Source: the human T2T-CHM13v2.0 reference genome, Homo sapiens. From it: DNA of 64,000 bases. The notes below the pieces were generated by a model. That model was not told where the DNA came from, made no database searches, and was given only the letters and a program-made list of their open reading frames with translations. The translations under genes were made by a program, and so were the position numbers. Where the stretch lies: the NCBI RefSeq assembly GCF_009914755.1, contig NC_060931.1, one strand, 5' to 3'. Below, piece by piece: positions 1-14,079 of this stretch (position 1 is the first letter of the stretch; the number at the start of each line of letters is the position of its first letter).

Positions 1-79
1 CTCAGAGGGAGAAATGTCTTTCCTTTTTTTTAAATCTGGATGTTTGAACTCTTTCTAAGTGTCTTACAAAATTATCATC

Positions 80-473
80 TGTTACATTAAATTAAACTTG
101 GCTTGAGGATGCCTTCATACTTTTGAGTCATTACGTAATGGATTGCCACCTCACTTGGGACATGAATTAACTGAAAGCCTAATTTGGGAGTATACTTTGG
201 CAACAAAGGGTTGAGTCTCAGCCAATCACAACAGCCAAGCTTCAGTCAGTTGCAGGTGGCTAACTGATCAGACCATGTTCAAATAAGGCAAACACTGAGC
301 TGCTTCCGTACCATGCTCCCATTCCCCAACCGTAAATGCTGCCTGCCCATGGTTGCAGAATGGAGCTCTCTCCTCCCTTTCTGGTTCTGGTTCTGAGTGA
401 GGACCACCCCATTCTCACACCATTCTTTGATCAATTAAACTCTGTAAGTTTACTTTGTCTAAAGTCTTTAACA
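80..473 (+). mobile_element. Solo ERV1 LTR, MER57-like
   Basis: TG...CA ends; internal tgttcaaataaggcaaacactgagctg and terminal caattaaactctg...aaagtctttaaca motifs; approximate 4-bp TSD catc/cttc. Confidence 0.7.
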
Positions 474-785
474 CTTCAAAATTCTTAACTATTTTAAAGC
501 CTATTTTAGCATACTTTGACAAATATCATAGGATGAGTTACACTCTACATTAAATCCCATATATCTGGTGAATGTACTGCAATGTGGAAAATCTATAATG
601 CCTCTATAGATTTTAACATCTTACTCTGCAAGGGTCTTAAAAAACAAAATGTATGTAGAATCACAGTGAGAATGTCCATTATCATGCTCTAGAACTGCAT
701 AGTTTATTGATCAGCAAAGTTTTCTTTCACCTTTTACAAAGGTGATTTTTTTTAATTTACAAAATTTAAAATTGAGCTAAGTTAG

Positions 786-1088
<303 letters not shown>

Positions 1089-1204
1089 AAAATTGAGCTA
1101 ATTTAGTTTAAAGTTAATCATCACAAGTATCAACTTTAGGCTAAGCAAGTTATTTATCTCTGAAGTTTTGTCAAAATGCCTAAGCTGAACCAAGATATTG
1201 GAAG

Positions 1205-1440
1205 CAGGCAGGCAGTGTGGAAGGAGTAAACAAGTGCTTTGCAGTCAAGTATTAGAATCCTGGTTATCCCCCTGTCTTACGGTTGTAAACCTGGGGAAAC
1301 TTTACTTTTCCTGGATCCTCAGATTCCCTATTTGTAAATTTTGGTTAATAATGCTTATCTTGCAGAATTTGTTAGGATATATAAGATGCTATGTGAACAG
1401 AAGCCAGCACAGTGAATGCAATAACAGGCATTCAAGAAAG
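1205..1440 (+). mobile_element. MIR
   Basis: Core-like segments cagattccctatttgtaaatt and ataatgcttatcttgcagaatttgttagg. Confidence 0.6.
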
Positions 1441-1649
1441 AATGAATGTAATCAATACTATTTAAACAAGAAGTCCATTATACATTTGGTACTAAAGTTC
1501 AATGCTACCTTGGAAAGTTATAGGCGTACCTTACCAATGATATTTATCTAGGATTTATCTCTCTTTAACAAATTTATGATGAGAAATGTTTCTTGGGCTA
1601 TTCAGTGTATTAATTTGATTAATATTCATGACTTTGACATGATCACTTC

Positions 1650-1914
1650 TTTTTTTTTGAAACAGAGCCTTCCTCTGTTGCCCAGGCCAGAGTGATTTCG
1701 GCTCACAGCAACCCCTACCTCCCAGGTTCAAGTGATTCTTCTGCCTCAGCTTCCCAAGTAGGTGGGATGACAGGCATCTGCCACCACATCTGGCTAAGTT
1801 TTGTATTTTTAGTAGAGATGGGGTTTCACTATGTTGGCCAGGCTGGTCTCAAACTCCTGACCTTGTTATCAAGGTCTCAGCCTCCCCAAGTGCTAGGATT
1901 ACAGGCGTGAGCCA
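1650..1914 (-). mobile_element. Alu with small internal deletions
   Basis: Poly-T followed by the reverse complement of the Alu consensus. Confidence 0.93.
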
Positions 1915-2112
1915 GATGGCTTTCTTAACCATAGTATAGCACATCATCAACTCTACTTAGACACTTTTGTAAGCTTTCTTTTCCATCACTTTTTTACTTT
2001 TTCAACTTAGGTGACTTCAAAATCTTTTACCCCTTAGGTTGAAAAACTGGTATCAAGAGACATCTGAAATTGATACAAATTTCTAATGCTTATGCTTTTA
2101 TTCTAAAATTAG

Positions 2113-2218
2113 GCCTCAGAAGTTTCTAGAAACAGAGGAGCCTCTTTACTGGCCAGGCCAGGACACAGCTTAGTAGCTGCTATTCGAAGCCAACATCAAC
2201 ATGAGTCATTGCCACTGG
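2113..2218 (+). CDS. HECW1: HECW1 coding exon, 106 nt (ASEVSRNRGASLLARPGHSLVAAIRSQHQHESLPL)
   Basis: ttag acceptor at 2111-2112; donor G|gtatgt at 2219. Phase 0 to 1, joins in frame to exon 3122. Peptide recognised as HECW1. Confidence 0.93.
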
Positions 2219-3121
2219 GTATGTATCATGCTTGTTTGAGCCCCTGGCTCAAAGAATAGCAACACCTAGACTTGATTTTTTGTTTGTTTTTCTGGTTTTT
2301 GTCATGAACCCTTTACTATTCAACATTCTGTCTTTCCTTTCTCCTCTTTTAGGATATAGTGCACACCCCGACCCCTGCTACCATCCACCCCTCTGTCCTT
2401 TTCCCCTCTCCCTTCCTCCTCACCTATCTGTTCCCCTCCCTGTCTTTTCTGTTCTTTCCCAAACTCTCAGGTCCTTTCTTCCTTATTCTATTCAGTGATT
2501 TGTTAATCCCGTGCACAAGAGCAAGGTTTAAATGAGGTGAATTTTACTGTTTTTAGACAGTTTTTAATGTATACCTCTCTTTCCATGTATGTATGGCATA
2601 AAGTTTGCAGTGTCCATTCCTAACTTCAGCCACCTCTTTCCAAAACATATGCCACTTGTATCGAGGAAAATGAAATGAGAGCATCTAAATGGTATTTCCA
2701 TTATCACTACTGGGAAATCGACACATGGATTACTTTGCACTCATAAAGAATCTTTTCCATAACTACAGCAAAATGACCAAGAAAAGTTAGAAGGAAGAGA
2801 GGAGAACTCCTCTTATGGGAGAGCTATTTTGTTCTCCTTTACCTGTTCATGCAGAGATGCATTAATACCCAGTAAAGATCCTGAAACGTTAAGGACGATT
2901 AACAGAGATCTGGTTCACTTTTAGTTTGATCCCTTAAAAAATTATAATGTTATTATGTCATATTTTAAAAACTCTCAAGAGCTTGCATTTTTTTGATGAG
3001 TATGCTGCCTGCCCTTCAAACTCCTTCATTAATCCTGGTATCAAGCAGCCATTTTCCAATCATCAGAGTGATTATCTCTGGGCTGCAGACTCAACCACAA
3101 CTGTGCTTTTGTCTGTTTCAG

Positions 3122-3218
3122 CATATAATGACAAGATTGTGGCATTTCTTCGCCAGCCAAACATTTTTGAAATGCTGCAAGAGCGTCAGCCAAGCTTAGC
3201 AAGAAACCACACACTCAG
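3122..3218 (+). CDS. HECW1: HECW1 coding exon, 97 nt ([33 protein letters not shown]), start of the HECW helical bundle
   Basis: Acceptor gtctgtttcag; donor AG|gtaagc. Matches the C-terminal part of ORF 2947-3222. Phase 1 to 2. Confidence 0.96.
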
Positions 3219-4544
3219 GTAAGCCTCGCCCCTCACTCCCTGGAACTCTAGGTCTTTCCAGCCATTTTTCCCGGTGGGAAAACACCTCTGTGGAGACAGA
3301 GCGGAAGCTTATTATACATTGTATTTGTGCATTTAAATGAGAACTTGAATCCTCAAGATGAAGGGTTCGGGGTTCCTGTATTCTGGGAAATGGCATAATC
3401 AGAGATGGTCATATTATCAGATTACATATCGTTTATATGGTACTGAAATGATTTCCATTGATGTAGGGGGGGGAAGGACAGAAAGGAAACAAAATAGCTT
3501 CCATTAAAAAATTATTTATGTACAGCACTGTATAAATTACTTTTAGTTTTGAAATATAATTGTTGAACGGTAAACCAAATATTGAGCAGCCGTGTTCGAA
3601 AATAAAAAAGCAAACAAAAAGTTTCTTGTGTGTTCTAACTACTTACATCTTATGCTTCATTAGGGTCATTTTTGAACAAGTGCCCTGAAACTCTGAATCA
3701 CATGTGGAAGGGATAGCGATCTGAAATGATAAAAAGAGAAAATATTCCCTGAACTTAAATCCTGCTTTCTCACCAAAATATTCAAACATCTTTTTCCTTC
3801 GGTTTACTCTCCAACGTTCCAAAATCTGGAGAGGCATGGGGGTTAAGAGTACATCTCTTTGACGTTTGAATTTTCACTCCAACAGGTAGGGACTATTGAT
3901 GGAGGCGTGTTATTCAACTCTCTGCCCTTAGTCTCCCAAATGGGGGTCACAAAGTGGGCATGGTTGCAATACTTACTTGAGGATGTGTAAAGGTTAAGGC
4001 AGGGCAGGCTAGAATCCCATCAACGGCTGCATTTCATTATTCCCTGCCCATGTGGTGCAGTCTTGTGAATGGGGCTGATACCTGCAATACCATACTCCGA
4101 CTTCCTCGGGGAATCACTGACAGCTTCAAGTAGTCTCTGCTTTTCAACCCTTGCCACTCCCGCCAGAATGGATCATTCACTATTCTTTCCCCTCCAACAC
4201 CCCCTCATTGACACCTCTTTTCCCTGTATTTTCACTCTGTAAATTAGAGCCACTACCCTCCCAGCTGTCCCTGATCTCCTCTCCTCCCTCTTCTTCCACC
4301 TCCACACCTAAACATTCACCTCCTCATACTCTCTCCTCCATCCTCATTTTCTCTTCTCCCTGCCATGGTTCAAGTTTAGGTGCTCATCATCTCTCTTCTG
4401 GACCATACAGGGGTTTCTCCTAAAATATTCCCTATCACCCTATCATAACCAGAGTTACCTACGTAAAGCATAGATTAAATCATGACCTCCCTACCCTTCA
4501 AAAAAGCTTTCATGGTTTCCATCACATATGAAATAAAGTCAAGA

Positions 4545-4852
4545 TTTTTTTTTTTTTTTTGAGACAGAGTCTTGCTCTGTTGCCTGGGCTGAAGTGAGAT
4601 GGTACAATCTCAGCTCACTGCAACATCTGCCTCCCAGGTTCAAGCAATTCCTGAGCCTCAACCTGACAAGTAACTGGGACTACAGGCATGTGCCACCACA
4701 CCCAGCAAAATTTTGCTAATTTTTGTGCATTTATTAGAGGTGGAGTTTCACCATGTTGGTCAGGCTGGTCTCAAACTCCTGACCTCAAGGGATCCACCCA
4801 TCTCAGCCTCCCAAAGTACTGGGCTTACAGGTGTTAGCCACCTCACCCAGCC
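4545..4852 (-). mobile_element. Alu inserted in an L2 remnant
   Basis: TSD taaagtcaagattt at 4534 and 4853. Confidence 0.95.
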
Positions 4853-5133
4853 TAAAGTCAAGATTTCTAAGCATAATGTCCATGGTCTCAAAGTCTGGCC
4901 CTAACCTAACTCTCCATCCTGCACTAAGCTTTTCCTTCCAGGGTATTCCACCTCCACCACACAGGCTGCGTACTCTCCTGCCTTTGTCTTTCCGGGAATG
5001 ACTTCCCTATTAAGGACATCTCATCCCGTTTTAAAGGCTCAGATCAAAAGCAAAACTTCAGTGATCTAGGCAAGCTTTAGTATTTCTTTTTCTTTGAGGG
5101 GGTGGGAACTTCCTGATGTTACCGTGGCATTTG

Positions 5134-5447
5134 TTTTTTTGTTTGTTTGTTTTTAATTTTTTTTATTATACTTCTAAGTTCTGGGATAAATGTGCAGAAA
5201 GTGCAGGATTGTTACACAGGTATACATGCACCATGGTGGTTTGCTGCACCCATCAACCCGTCATCTACATTAGGTATTTCTCCTAATGCTATCCCTCCCC
5301 TAGCCCCCATTCCCCAACAGGCCCCGGTGTGTGATGTTCCGCTCCCTGTGTCCATGTGTTCTCGTTGTTCAGTTCCCACTTATGAGTGAGAACATGTAGT
5401 GTTTGGTTTTCTGTTCTTATGTTAGTTTGCTGAGAATGATGGTTTCC
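5134..5447 (-). mobile_element. L1PA 3' end (about L1PA7), 5'-truncated
   Basis: Typical L1PA 3' UTR (gctgcacccatcaacccgtcatctacattagg...cccacttatgagtgagaacatg); TSD tagtatttctttt at 5078 and 5448. Confidence 0.92.
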
Positions 5448-6939
5448 TAGTATTTCTTTTGTCTTGCTTTGATAGTATGCTTTTTGTGCCTCGAAGATAT
5501 TTTTAGATCTCTTGTATTCTGTCATTTACTTGTGTCTCCCTACAGCACTCTAAGCTCTTTAGAGCAAGGCCTTTCTCTTCCTTGTCTTTGTGCCCACTCT
5601 GCCCCTTACAACCTGGTCCTCTACTTTGAAAATAGGAAACACCAATTACTTTTAGAGTGAATGAAAGATCTTTAGCATGAACAAGTGATCTTTAGCATGA
5701 TGAATGGCCACTTTCATTTATGTTCAACTCTTAAGAATTCTCTCCCCTGGTTTCATTACTGCACTGCTGCAGAAGGCAGAGTCATATTCAGACACCTGGG
5801 TCATTCATTCATGGGCTGCTCTTTGACTCACCTAACAACCCAAGGGAATTTTCAAGGGATTTCCAGGGATGTTGTATTATCTTAAGGGTTTTTGACGCGT
5901 GGTTGTTCTTGAACATTCTTTACGTTACTGATTCTACCATTAAGTAGTGAGTTCACTGCTTGCTTTGTGGAAGAATTTCAACTCACCAAAGACACAAAAG
6001 TCTCATTTTAATCATTAGAAAAGGTTTTTTTTTAAGTAATTCCCTACATAAGTGAGTGGAATGTATTTCCAAAAGGCAGTAGACTGTTTTCATCCCTATT
6101 ATATATCACATTACAACAATCCAAGAAACTTTAAATGTTTTGTTGCAATATGGGATTGTACAATTATGATTTTGCAGAGCTGGGGGAACTTGAAATCAGG
6201 CCACATTGGAATTGGAAAAAAAACTTGGAAATTATCTAGTATGGAAACTAATAACCTATTTTAAGGTTATGGACTCCTTTGAGATGCTGATGGAAGCACT
6301 TATGGACTCTCCTCCACATATAAATATAAACCTCTGAATATAATTTCAAATAGTTAATGGACCCTAAGGAAACTGTGGACCCAGGTTGAGAACCCAAATA
6401 TTTCATCAAAAACAGAAGGCTCACGATGACTATCAGAAACTGGACTATGTGATGATAGAACTAAAACAGCAGAAAGCAAAGAGCAAGAACTTGTTCTTCA
6501 GGAGGTCAAGCTTAAGAGATGCAGGAAGCCAGGCCCTGCTTTCCATGAGGAGGCATCCACCTGCCCCTGAGTGCCATGTCAGGGTGAGTCAGATCCACTT
6601 TGAAGGTTCAGGAGTTGAAGAGAATACCACTCTCCTCAGGACCCCACCCAGAAGAACTCATGGCTTCCTCTGTGGTCCCCAAGAGCAGATGGTGACCCCT
6701 GTTCAGCCATTGCTATTCTCAGGGAGTCATGGAGTCTCTGTCTTGGGTCTGCAAAGCCAGTTGCTGGGTTTGAGTATGTAGAAAACTGTCCAGTTGACAG
6801 CAGTGACTTGCGGTGAAAAGCAGGAAGCCACATGTAGAGAAGGGGATGGAGCCAGAAAACCCAGAGGTTAATGGCATCTGTTATCTTCAAGGGGCATGGA
6901 GGTGGTCCTTCAACTAGTGCTTTGATTGTGTCACTCATC

Positions 6940-8025
6940 TGAATCAGGATTGTCCCAGGGCTATGTATGCAGTAGCAAGCGAAACAGACCTGTAAATTCT
7001 CAATGAATTTACAATCTACTGAGGGAGACAGATAATAGACAAGCTTGGGGTTTGTTTTTTTAAGCCATATACAGCTGCATAATATGTTAAGTGCCATGAA
7101 GAACATGATTAGAATTCAGCAATAGTGGATAATATGCTGGTGCAGAGGAAGAGGACTTACATCCTAAACAGAACACAGGGAAGGCTTTTCCAAGTAGGTG
7201 ATGCTTAAGCTGAAACCTGAAGGATGAGAAGGCATTGTCCCTTGAGATGCAAAGTAGAGATCAGGGAGAGAGTATGCAATGGCCCTGAGGCAGGAAAAGC
7301 TTAGATGTAGGTGAAAAATGAAAAAAAGCTAGTGTGGCCCAGGAGTAGATTGGGAGGGTAGGTGAGACCTACCATGGTGAAGTTGGAGAGGGAGGCCCTA
7401 TCACCAACCGGAAACATTTTATTTGAATTGCGATTCTATTTGAGAAGTGATTGAGAAGTTTTCAGCTGGAAAGAAATATGATTGCATCTGTGTTTTTAGT
7501 GACCACAGATGCAATCATATTTCATCTGTTTTTCATGACCACCAATGAAATATGATTGCAGCTGTGGTCGTTAAAAACACAGATGCAATGTTTGGGCAGC
7601 TCTGTGGGGAAAAGATAGGCTGGGGAGGGGCATAAGATGGAACAGGGGCTATGCAGGAGACTATTATATTCATCCATGATGATGGTCGTGTGGATAATGG
7701 GAAAATATGGATGAAGAGAAGGGAGCAGTTTGGGGTGATACTGTGGATGCAAAAACAACAGGAGCTGATGACAGCTTGAACATGGTGGGTGAGGAGAAGA
7801 GAGTAATTAAGAATGACAGCCAAGTGTGGGGCTTGTGCAGGTGAATGGATAATGGCATCATTTACTGAGATGGGAAAGAGTGGAGGAGGAACTGGCTTGA
7901 GGAGAGGAAGAATGTCAAGGATTTTATTTTGGATATTGAGTTTTGAGGTCTTTGAAGCCACAAGCGGCTTCAAATGTCAAGATGTCAAGGAGGCAGTCGC
8001 CTGTCCTGTCCTGAACTCTAGGGAA
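6940..8025 (-). mobile_element. L2 remnant
   Basis: Segments gatgcttaagctgaaacctgaaggatgag and tggcatcatttactgagatgggaaag resemble the L2 3' region. Confidence 0.65.
7473..7589. repeat. Nested inverted repeats (20-bp perfect and 45-bp near-perfect arms)
   Basis: 7473-7492 is the exact reverse complement of 7504-7523. 7481-7525 matches the reverse complement of 7545-7589 at 42/45. Confidence 0.97.
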
Positions 8026-9037
8026 AGTGTGCTCTGGAGTTCTCCCGATGGTCAAGGGATATATGTAGGAGAGACAGCTGGCATTCTTGCCCTTAGATGG
8101 CTTCCTCAGTTCTCAGTGCACTTTGGGATGGAGTCCCAGGGGCATCTGGAGGTCCCTTACACCACTGGCTATGCATGACATGTTGCCAGACATGACAGAG
8201 GATATAATGTCTGGTGGAGAGCCACCAAAACTCTCAGAAAATCGTGCTTAGCATTCAGACACCTGGATGTGGTCCATATGGTGGTGCCACGATAGAACCA
8301 CTGTGCTGGGTGGCACTTTCTAAACTGGGGACTGCACTTTGCTGCCCTAGTGGAGATGGCCCTCTCTGGGCTTCTTTTTCCCGCAGGGAGGGAGGCCAGT
8401 GGCTTAACCAGATGTTGATCCCTTGGGGCAGGAGGATAACCTGCCCAAGGGTACATTATCATTGGGAGAGCATATAGATTTGAGGTCATTCATAAGGCCA
8501 AAATCATTAAATTAGAGAAGATTCAAGAGCATCTTCCAAATAACGGGGCTGTGAGGTGGTGTCAGGATTTGGAGGAGAAAGCCCAGGGCTGGGGTTAAGG
8601 ACATAGGCAGAGGGAGAAGAAGGTGATGAGAGAGATGGGGATGTTCTGTTCTCTTTGCTGGGCTTTCACATGTTCCCTGCTAAATGACATGTGGACACTG
8701 CTGCTCCCTTTTTCAACCCAGTCAAAGAAGCCACTGCGAACACCCCCCAGGTTCTGGTGATGCCATTTCCTGCAACGGTGCTTCACCCGCACTGAAGTTG
8801 GATCAGAGTGCATTTCCCTGTTTAATCCCATTCTGTCTATCTTTGTAGAGGCTCAAAATCTTCCCTTGCCTTAAAAAAAAAGATCTCCATACCAAAAGGT
8901 CAAATTGACTATATTTTTTGCCTGAAAATCTCTAAGTTATGATGAAGATTTGGATTTATATTAATATAATCAAAGAGAGGAAAAAGTTGTACCTGCAGTA
9001 TTTTGGAAAATAGATTTTTTTTTTCATTCATCTTTTG

Positions 9038-9555
<518 letters not shown>

Positions 9556-10144
9556 TCATCCATCTTTTACCACTGGGAGAAACTGAGTGAGGGGTATACA
9601 GGATCTGTCTGTTTATTTCTTATAATTACACATGACTCTAAAATTACCTCAAAGTGTAAAAATTAAACAAGAAAAGAAAAAAGTTAAAGATTAAAAAAAA
9701 ACATCCTTAATTTTCCCTATTTCTGCTGCATCTCTTCAAAAAAGGCAAAAAATATTAACTCCTTTGAAGCATGCATACGATAGAAAGATTCTTGGATATG
9801 GTGTTTGTAATATTTGAGTAACATCAGGGAAGCAAATTAAAAAGTTAATTTGATCCAAAAAAATCCTACTTATCCATAGACTTACTTGAAATAATTTGCC
9901 GAGTTGGAGTTGGAGGTTGTCTAAAAGGATCAGAATACACGAGTTGTAGCTGACAGAGACAAAATTGATGCCTGTGCCTTGACTGACCTGGGAGACTGTT
10001 CTTGGTTCTTGGGGCCGGGCCCCCTCTGTGCCCAATGTGGCATCATAAATTTTCCATCAGGCACAAGATTTCTCAAGAGACACTCACCCCGCAACTCACT
10101 CTTTCCTCCCATGGCTTCCAACACGACATGAGCCAAGAACAGTC

Positions 10145-10440
10145 TTTTTTTTTTTTTTTTTGAGATGAAGTCTTCCTCTGTCGCCCAGGCTGGAGTGCAG
10201 TGGCACGATCTCAGTTCACTGCAACTTCCGCCTCCCGGTTCAAGCGATTCTCCTACCTCAGCATCCTGAATAGCTGGGATTACAGGCAGGCAACACCACA
10301 CCTGGCTAATTTTTGTATTGTTAGTAGAGACAAGGTTTCACCATATTCCTCAGGCTGGTCTTGAACTCCTGATCTTGTGATCTGCCTGCCTCAGCCTCCC
10401 AAAGTGCTGGGATTACAAGTGTGAGCCACTGTGCCCCGCC
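10145..10440 (-). mobile_element. AluS
   Basis: Full dimer; TSD agaacagtcttt on both sides. Confidence 0.95.
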
Positions 10441-10741
10441 CCAGAACAGTCTTTCAGGAGCAATCTCTTACCCAGCTCCACTCCTGACTGTCTTAGCTAC
10501 CTGAGGACCTAACTTTGCTGTGTTCCTCAGCTTCTGTACCTGTGCAAGTCTGTAGAAAAGTCATCCCTCATAGAGCATCCTGAGAGCCTGTGATACAAAC
10601 TTAGAATTCTGCAAAATACATAGGACGTTAGGACATTGCTATTCAGCAGTATTGGAAGAGGAAATAAGAGATCAGAAGAAAATGTATTTCTGAGTTTATG
10701 TGTTGGCGTCTAATTTTCCTCTTCTTTCTCACATGATTCAG

Positions 10742-10825
10742 GGAGAAAATCCATTACATTCGGACTGAGGGTAATCACGGGCTTGAGAAGTTGTCCTGTG
10801 ATGCGGATCTGGTCATTTTGCTGAG
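10742..10825 (+). CDS. HECW1: HECW1 coding exon, 84 nt (EKIHYIRTEGNHGLEKLSCDADLVILLS)
   Basis: Pyrimidine tract plus ttcag acceptor; donor AG|gtaggg. Phase 2 to 2, in frame with both neighbours. Confidence 0.95.
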
Positions 10826-11252
10826 GTAGGGGGCTAGGCCTGAAATCCTTCTGGAAAAGCTTCCCTGGGCAGCTCTCCTCCATCACGGCCACCCTGAAAA
10901 TGGCCTAGACTGAAAAACTCACCGCTTGTTCTAGAGGATTCTAGTAACTGCAACGCGAGTGGGACCCCACCCTTGTACCTGTGTCCATCACAGTCCTTAG
11001 ATTTGCAATTGAGCTAGCAAGAGCTGCGTAAAGTACTTGATGGAGACTTTGTTGTAGGATTAATCAAGGTTTAAAACAACACTGAGAATTTGCAAGCAGC
11101 ATGTACCTATCTTTCTGTACTACATTTAAATCTAATTGCTTTTGTTGCTTTGTGAGAAGTGTAAGTGCTGCTACCCCAATTCGTGAACACTTTCTCAGGG
11201 ATGTAAAACTGACTTTCTTTTCTTTCTTTTTTTTTTTTTTTTTCATATGCAG

Positions 11253-11362
11253 TCTCTTTGAAGAAGAGATTATGTCCTACGTCCCCCTGCAGGCTGCCTT
11301 CCACCCTGGGTATAGCTTCTCTCCCCGCTGTTCACCCTGTTCTTCACCTCAGAACTCCCCAG
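11253..11362 (+). CDS. HECW1: HECW1 coding exon, 110 nt ([36 protein letters not shown])
   Basis: Long T tract plus tgcag acceptor; donor AG|gtaaca. Lies inside ORF 11101-11382. Phase 2 to 1. Confidence 0.96.
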
Positions 11363-11498
11363 GTAACAGGAATCTGGCCTAATAGCTCCTGTTAAGTGGC
11401 CACGTGTGTTTCCTCCAGTGAAGGTGAATGAAAGGCAACTGTATGTGTGTGTTCTTTCTCTCGGCCTTCCCAATTCCCTAATTGAAAATGCACTCTAT

Positions 11499-12113
11499 CA
11501 GGTTTTGACAAATGGCTGCCTGTTTTTTGTAATGCCCCCCAAGCTAGAATGGGGTTTACAGTTTGAAATGGTTGGGAAAAAAATGTTTTGCTGGGCAGGT
11601 GGCTCATGCTTATAATCCCAGGGCTTTGGGAGGCCAAGCCAGAAGGATCACTTGAGTCCAGGAGTTCAAGACCAGCCTGGGCAACATAGCGAGCTCCCCT
11701 TCTCTACAAAAAAATTAAAACTAAGCCAAGTGAGGTAGCATGTGCCTGTAGTCCCAGCTACTAGGGAGGCTGAAGCAGGAGGGTTCCTTGAGCCCAGCAG
11801 GTTGAGGCTGCAGTGAGCTATGATTTCACCACTGCCCTCCTGCCCATACAACAAAGAGAGTCCCTATCTAAAAAAAAATAAAAAAGAAAGAAAGAAAGAA
11901 AAGAAAAAAATTAAGACAGTATTTTATGACACGTGAAAACTGTATGAAATTTAAATTGCAGTGTCCATAAATAAAGTGTAATTGGACCTCAGCCATGCCT
12001 GTTCTATGCTAGCTTTCACACCAGACTTGAGTAATAGCAACAGAAACCACATGGTCTGCAAAGCCTCAAATATTTACTCTCTGGTCCTTTGCAGAAAAAG
12101 GTTACTGTCCCTG
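11499..12113. mobile_element. MER58B-like hAT-Charlie element interrupted by an Alu
   Basis: cagg...cctg ends; internal gtgtccataaataaagt and aatatttactctctggtcctttgcagaaaaag motifs. Confidence 0.75.
11590..11910 (+). mobile_element. AluJ
   Basis: Diverged full dimer with A/GAAA tail. Confidence 0.93.
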
Positions 12114-12155
12114 CTCTAAATTGTTGCATTCCAAAGTCACTCTCCGAGCATTTCA

Positions 12156-12724
<569 letters not shown>

Positions 12725-14079
12725 GATATTTTCTGGATTCATCAAGATAAAGAGCTTAGGTCAAATCCATACCTCCAGACTGGATCCAGATACTGGAGAA
12801 TTTTTCCATTCGTATTTGACTTGCATTATCACATTGTTGTAGGTTTCATTTAAAGTAAAAGAGATCAGTTTGAAACATGTAGGAACATCCTATCTCAGAA
12901 GCTCTAGGGCCAGGGTTGGAGCATGGTTTTTGAAGCCAGTGGTAAAATTCCCAAGAGAAACAGAACTTGGTAATAAGCTTTGTCTCTGAGAAGGGATGTC
13001 GCACTCAGAGTTAGTATCATTCAGTACTGCCGTAGGTCTCCAGACTAGAGTATCTTTTAGTCTGGTTCCTCCAAGTTGTAGCATTCAGAAGTCTCTCTTA
13101 GAGGTAGTTGTGCTCGTCGTTAAAATATGTTTTCAAGATAGTATCTCCCTGTTGTCACTTCCTCCAAACAAGTGTACCAACAGCATTGTTAAGGAAATGT
13201 GCAATGCTTGCTACCTCTGACGCACAACATAATTAAATCCCATTGCCTAAAAAGACCAGGAGCTTTGCTGGAGCCGACATCAATACAGTCACACACTTTT
13301 AGCACTCATAGGATGACCTACTTTTGGGGAGCGAAGACAAAAGTAAGGGGTTTGGGGGGAAAAGTTTGGAGAAGCTGTAGGACTGCATGATGGTCTGCCA
13401 TGTTGTAGAGATTGTCCCAGCCTGATAATGTGCCTATGCTTTGGTCTACAGACTTTGATACTAGACTATGATGTTAACATCATTATATGGGAGAGATATC
13501 ATATTGCAAATAGAAAAATAAGAGTAAATGAAGAGTTATTTCCTATATGAGAATTATTTGGATATTCTAAAAGGAATAAACTTTCCTGATAGAGATATGA
13601 CTGATGCCGTGAATCTAAGTAATCATCCAATTCATTTTGTCAAAGTACTTCTTTATTCTCTAGCATTGACCACAGGGTCCTAGAATATGTAATCCAAATA
13701 CGTTGATTTTAAACTTTACAATCCCCATTCTCTTAGACTGGTATGAAATCTACCCAGGTGCTACAGAGATGGTGAATCATGAAGTTTATGCCAAAGTACT
13801 CTGTAAAGCAGAAATTATTTGAAAAATGCACAGCAGTCATCATGGGGACAGGTGATAGTACCAGCGGTAGTGAAAATCATAATTAATAAAATATACTGAA
13901 ATGTGCTGGACAGAAAATTATACTTGCACTTACAGACCTGTATTCTAGTTCTGTGTACATCCCAAAACCTGGTATTCCACCAAGACCACTTCTTTTCAAG
14001 TGGTGGCCATTGGTTCCCTCAGGCCCAGGTGTTTGGGGCCCAGGTAGGCGGGGCCCCAACGCTTCCTTGCTTTTATCAC

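Noticed and set aside
5667-5700. 14-bp direct repeat gatctttagcatga, and a similar duplication at about 16187-16218
   Set aside because: Ordinary short tandem duplications with no further structure.
7473-7589. CRISPR-like repeat-spacer pattern
   Set aside because: The copies alternate in orientation, the spacers derive from the same unit, the context is a primate intron and there are no cas genes.
13098-13235. let-7-like agaggtagttgtgc with a partial complement ctacctctg about 110 nt downstream
   Set aside because: Only about 9 bp pair and there is no pre-miRNA stem; probably chance or an old repeat.
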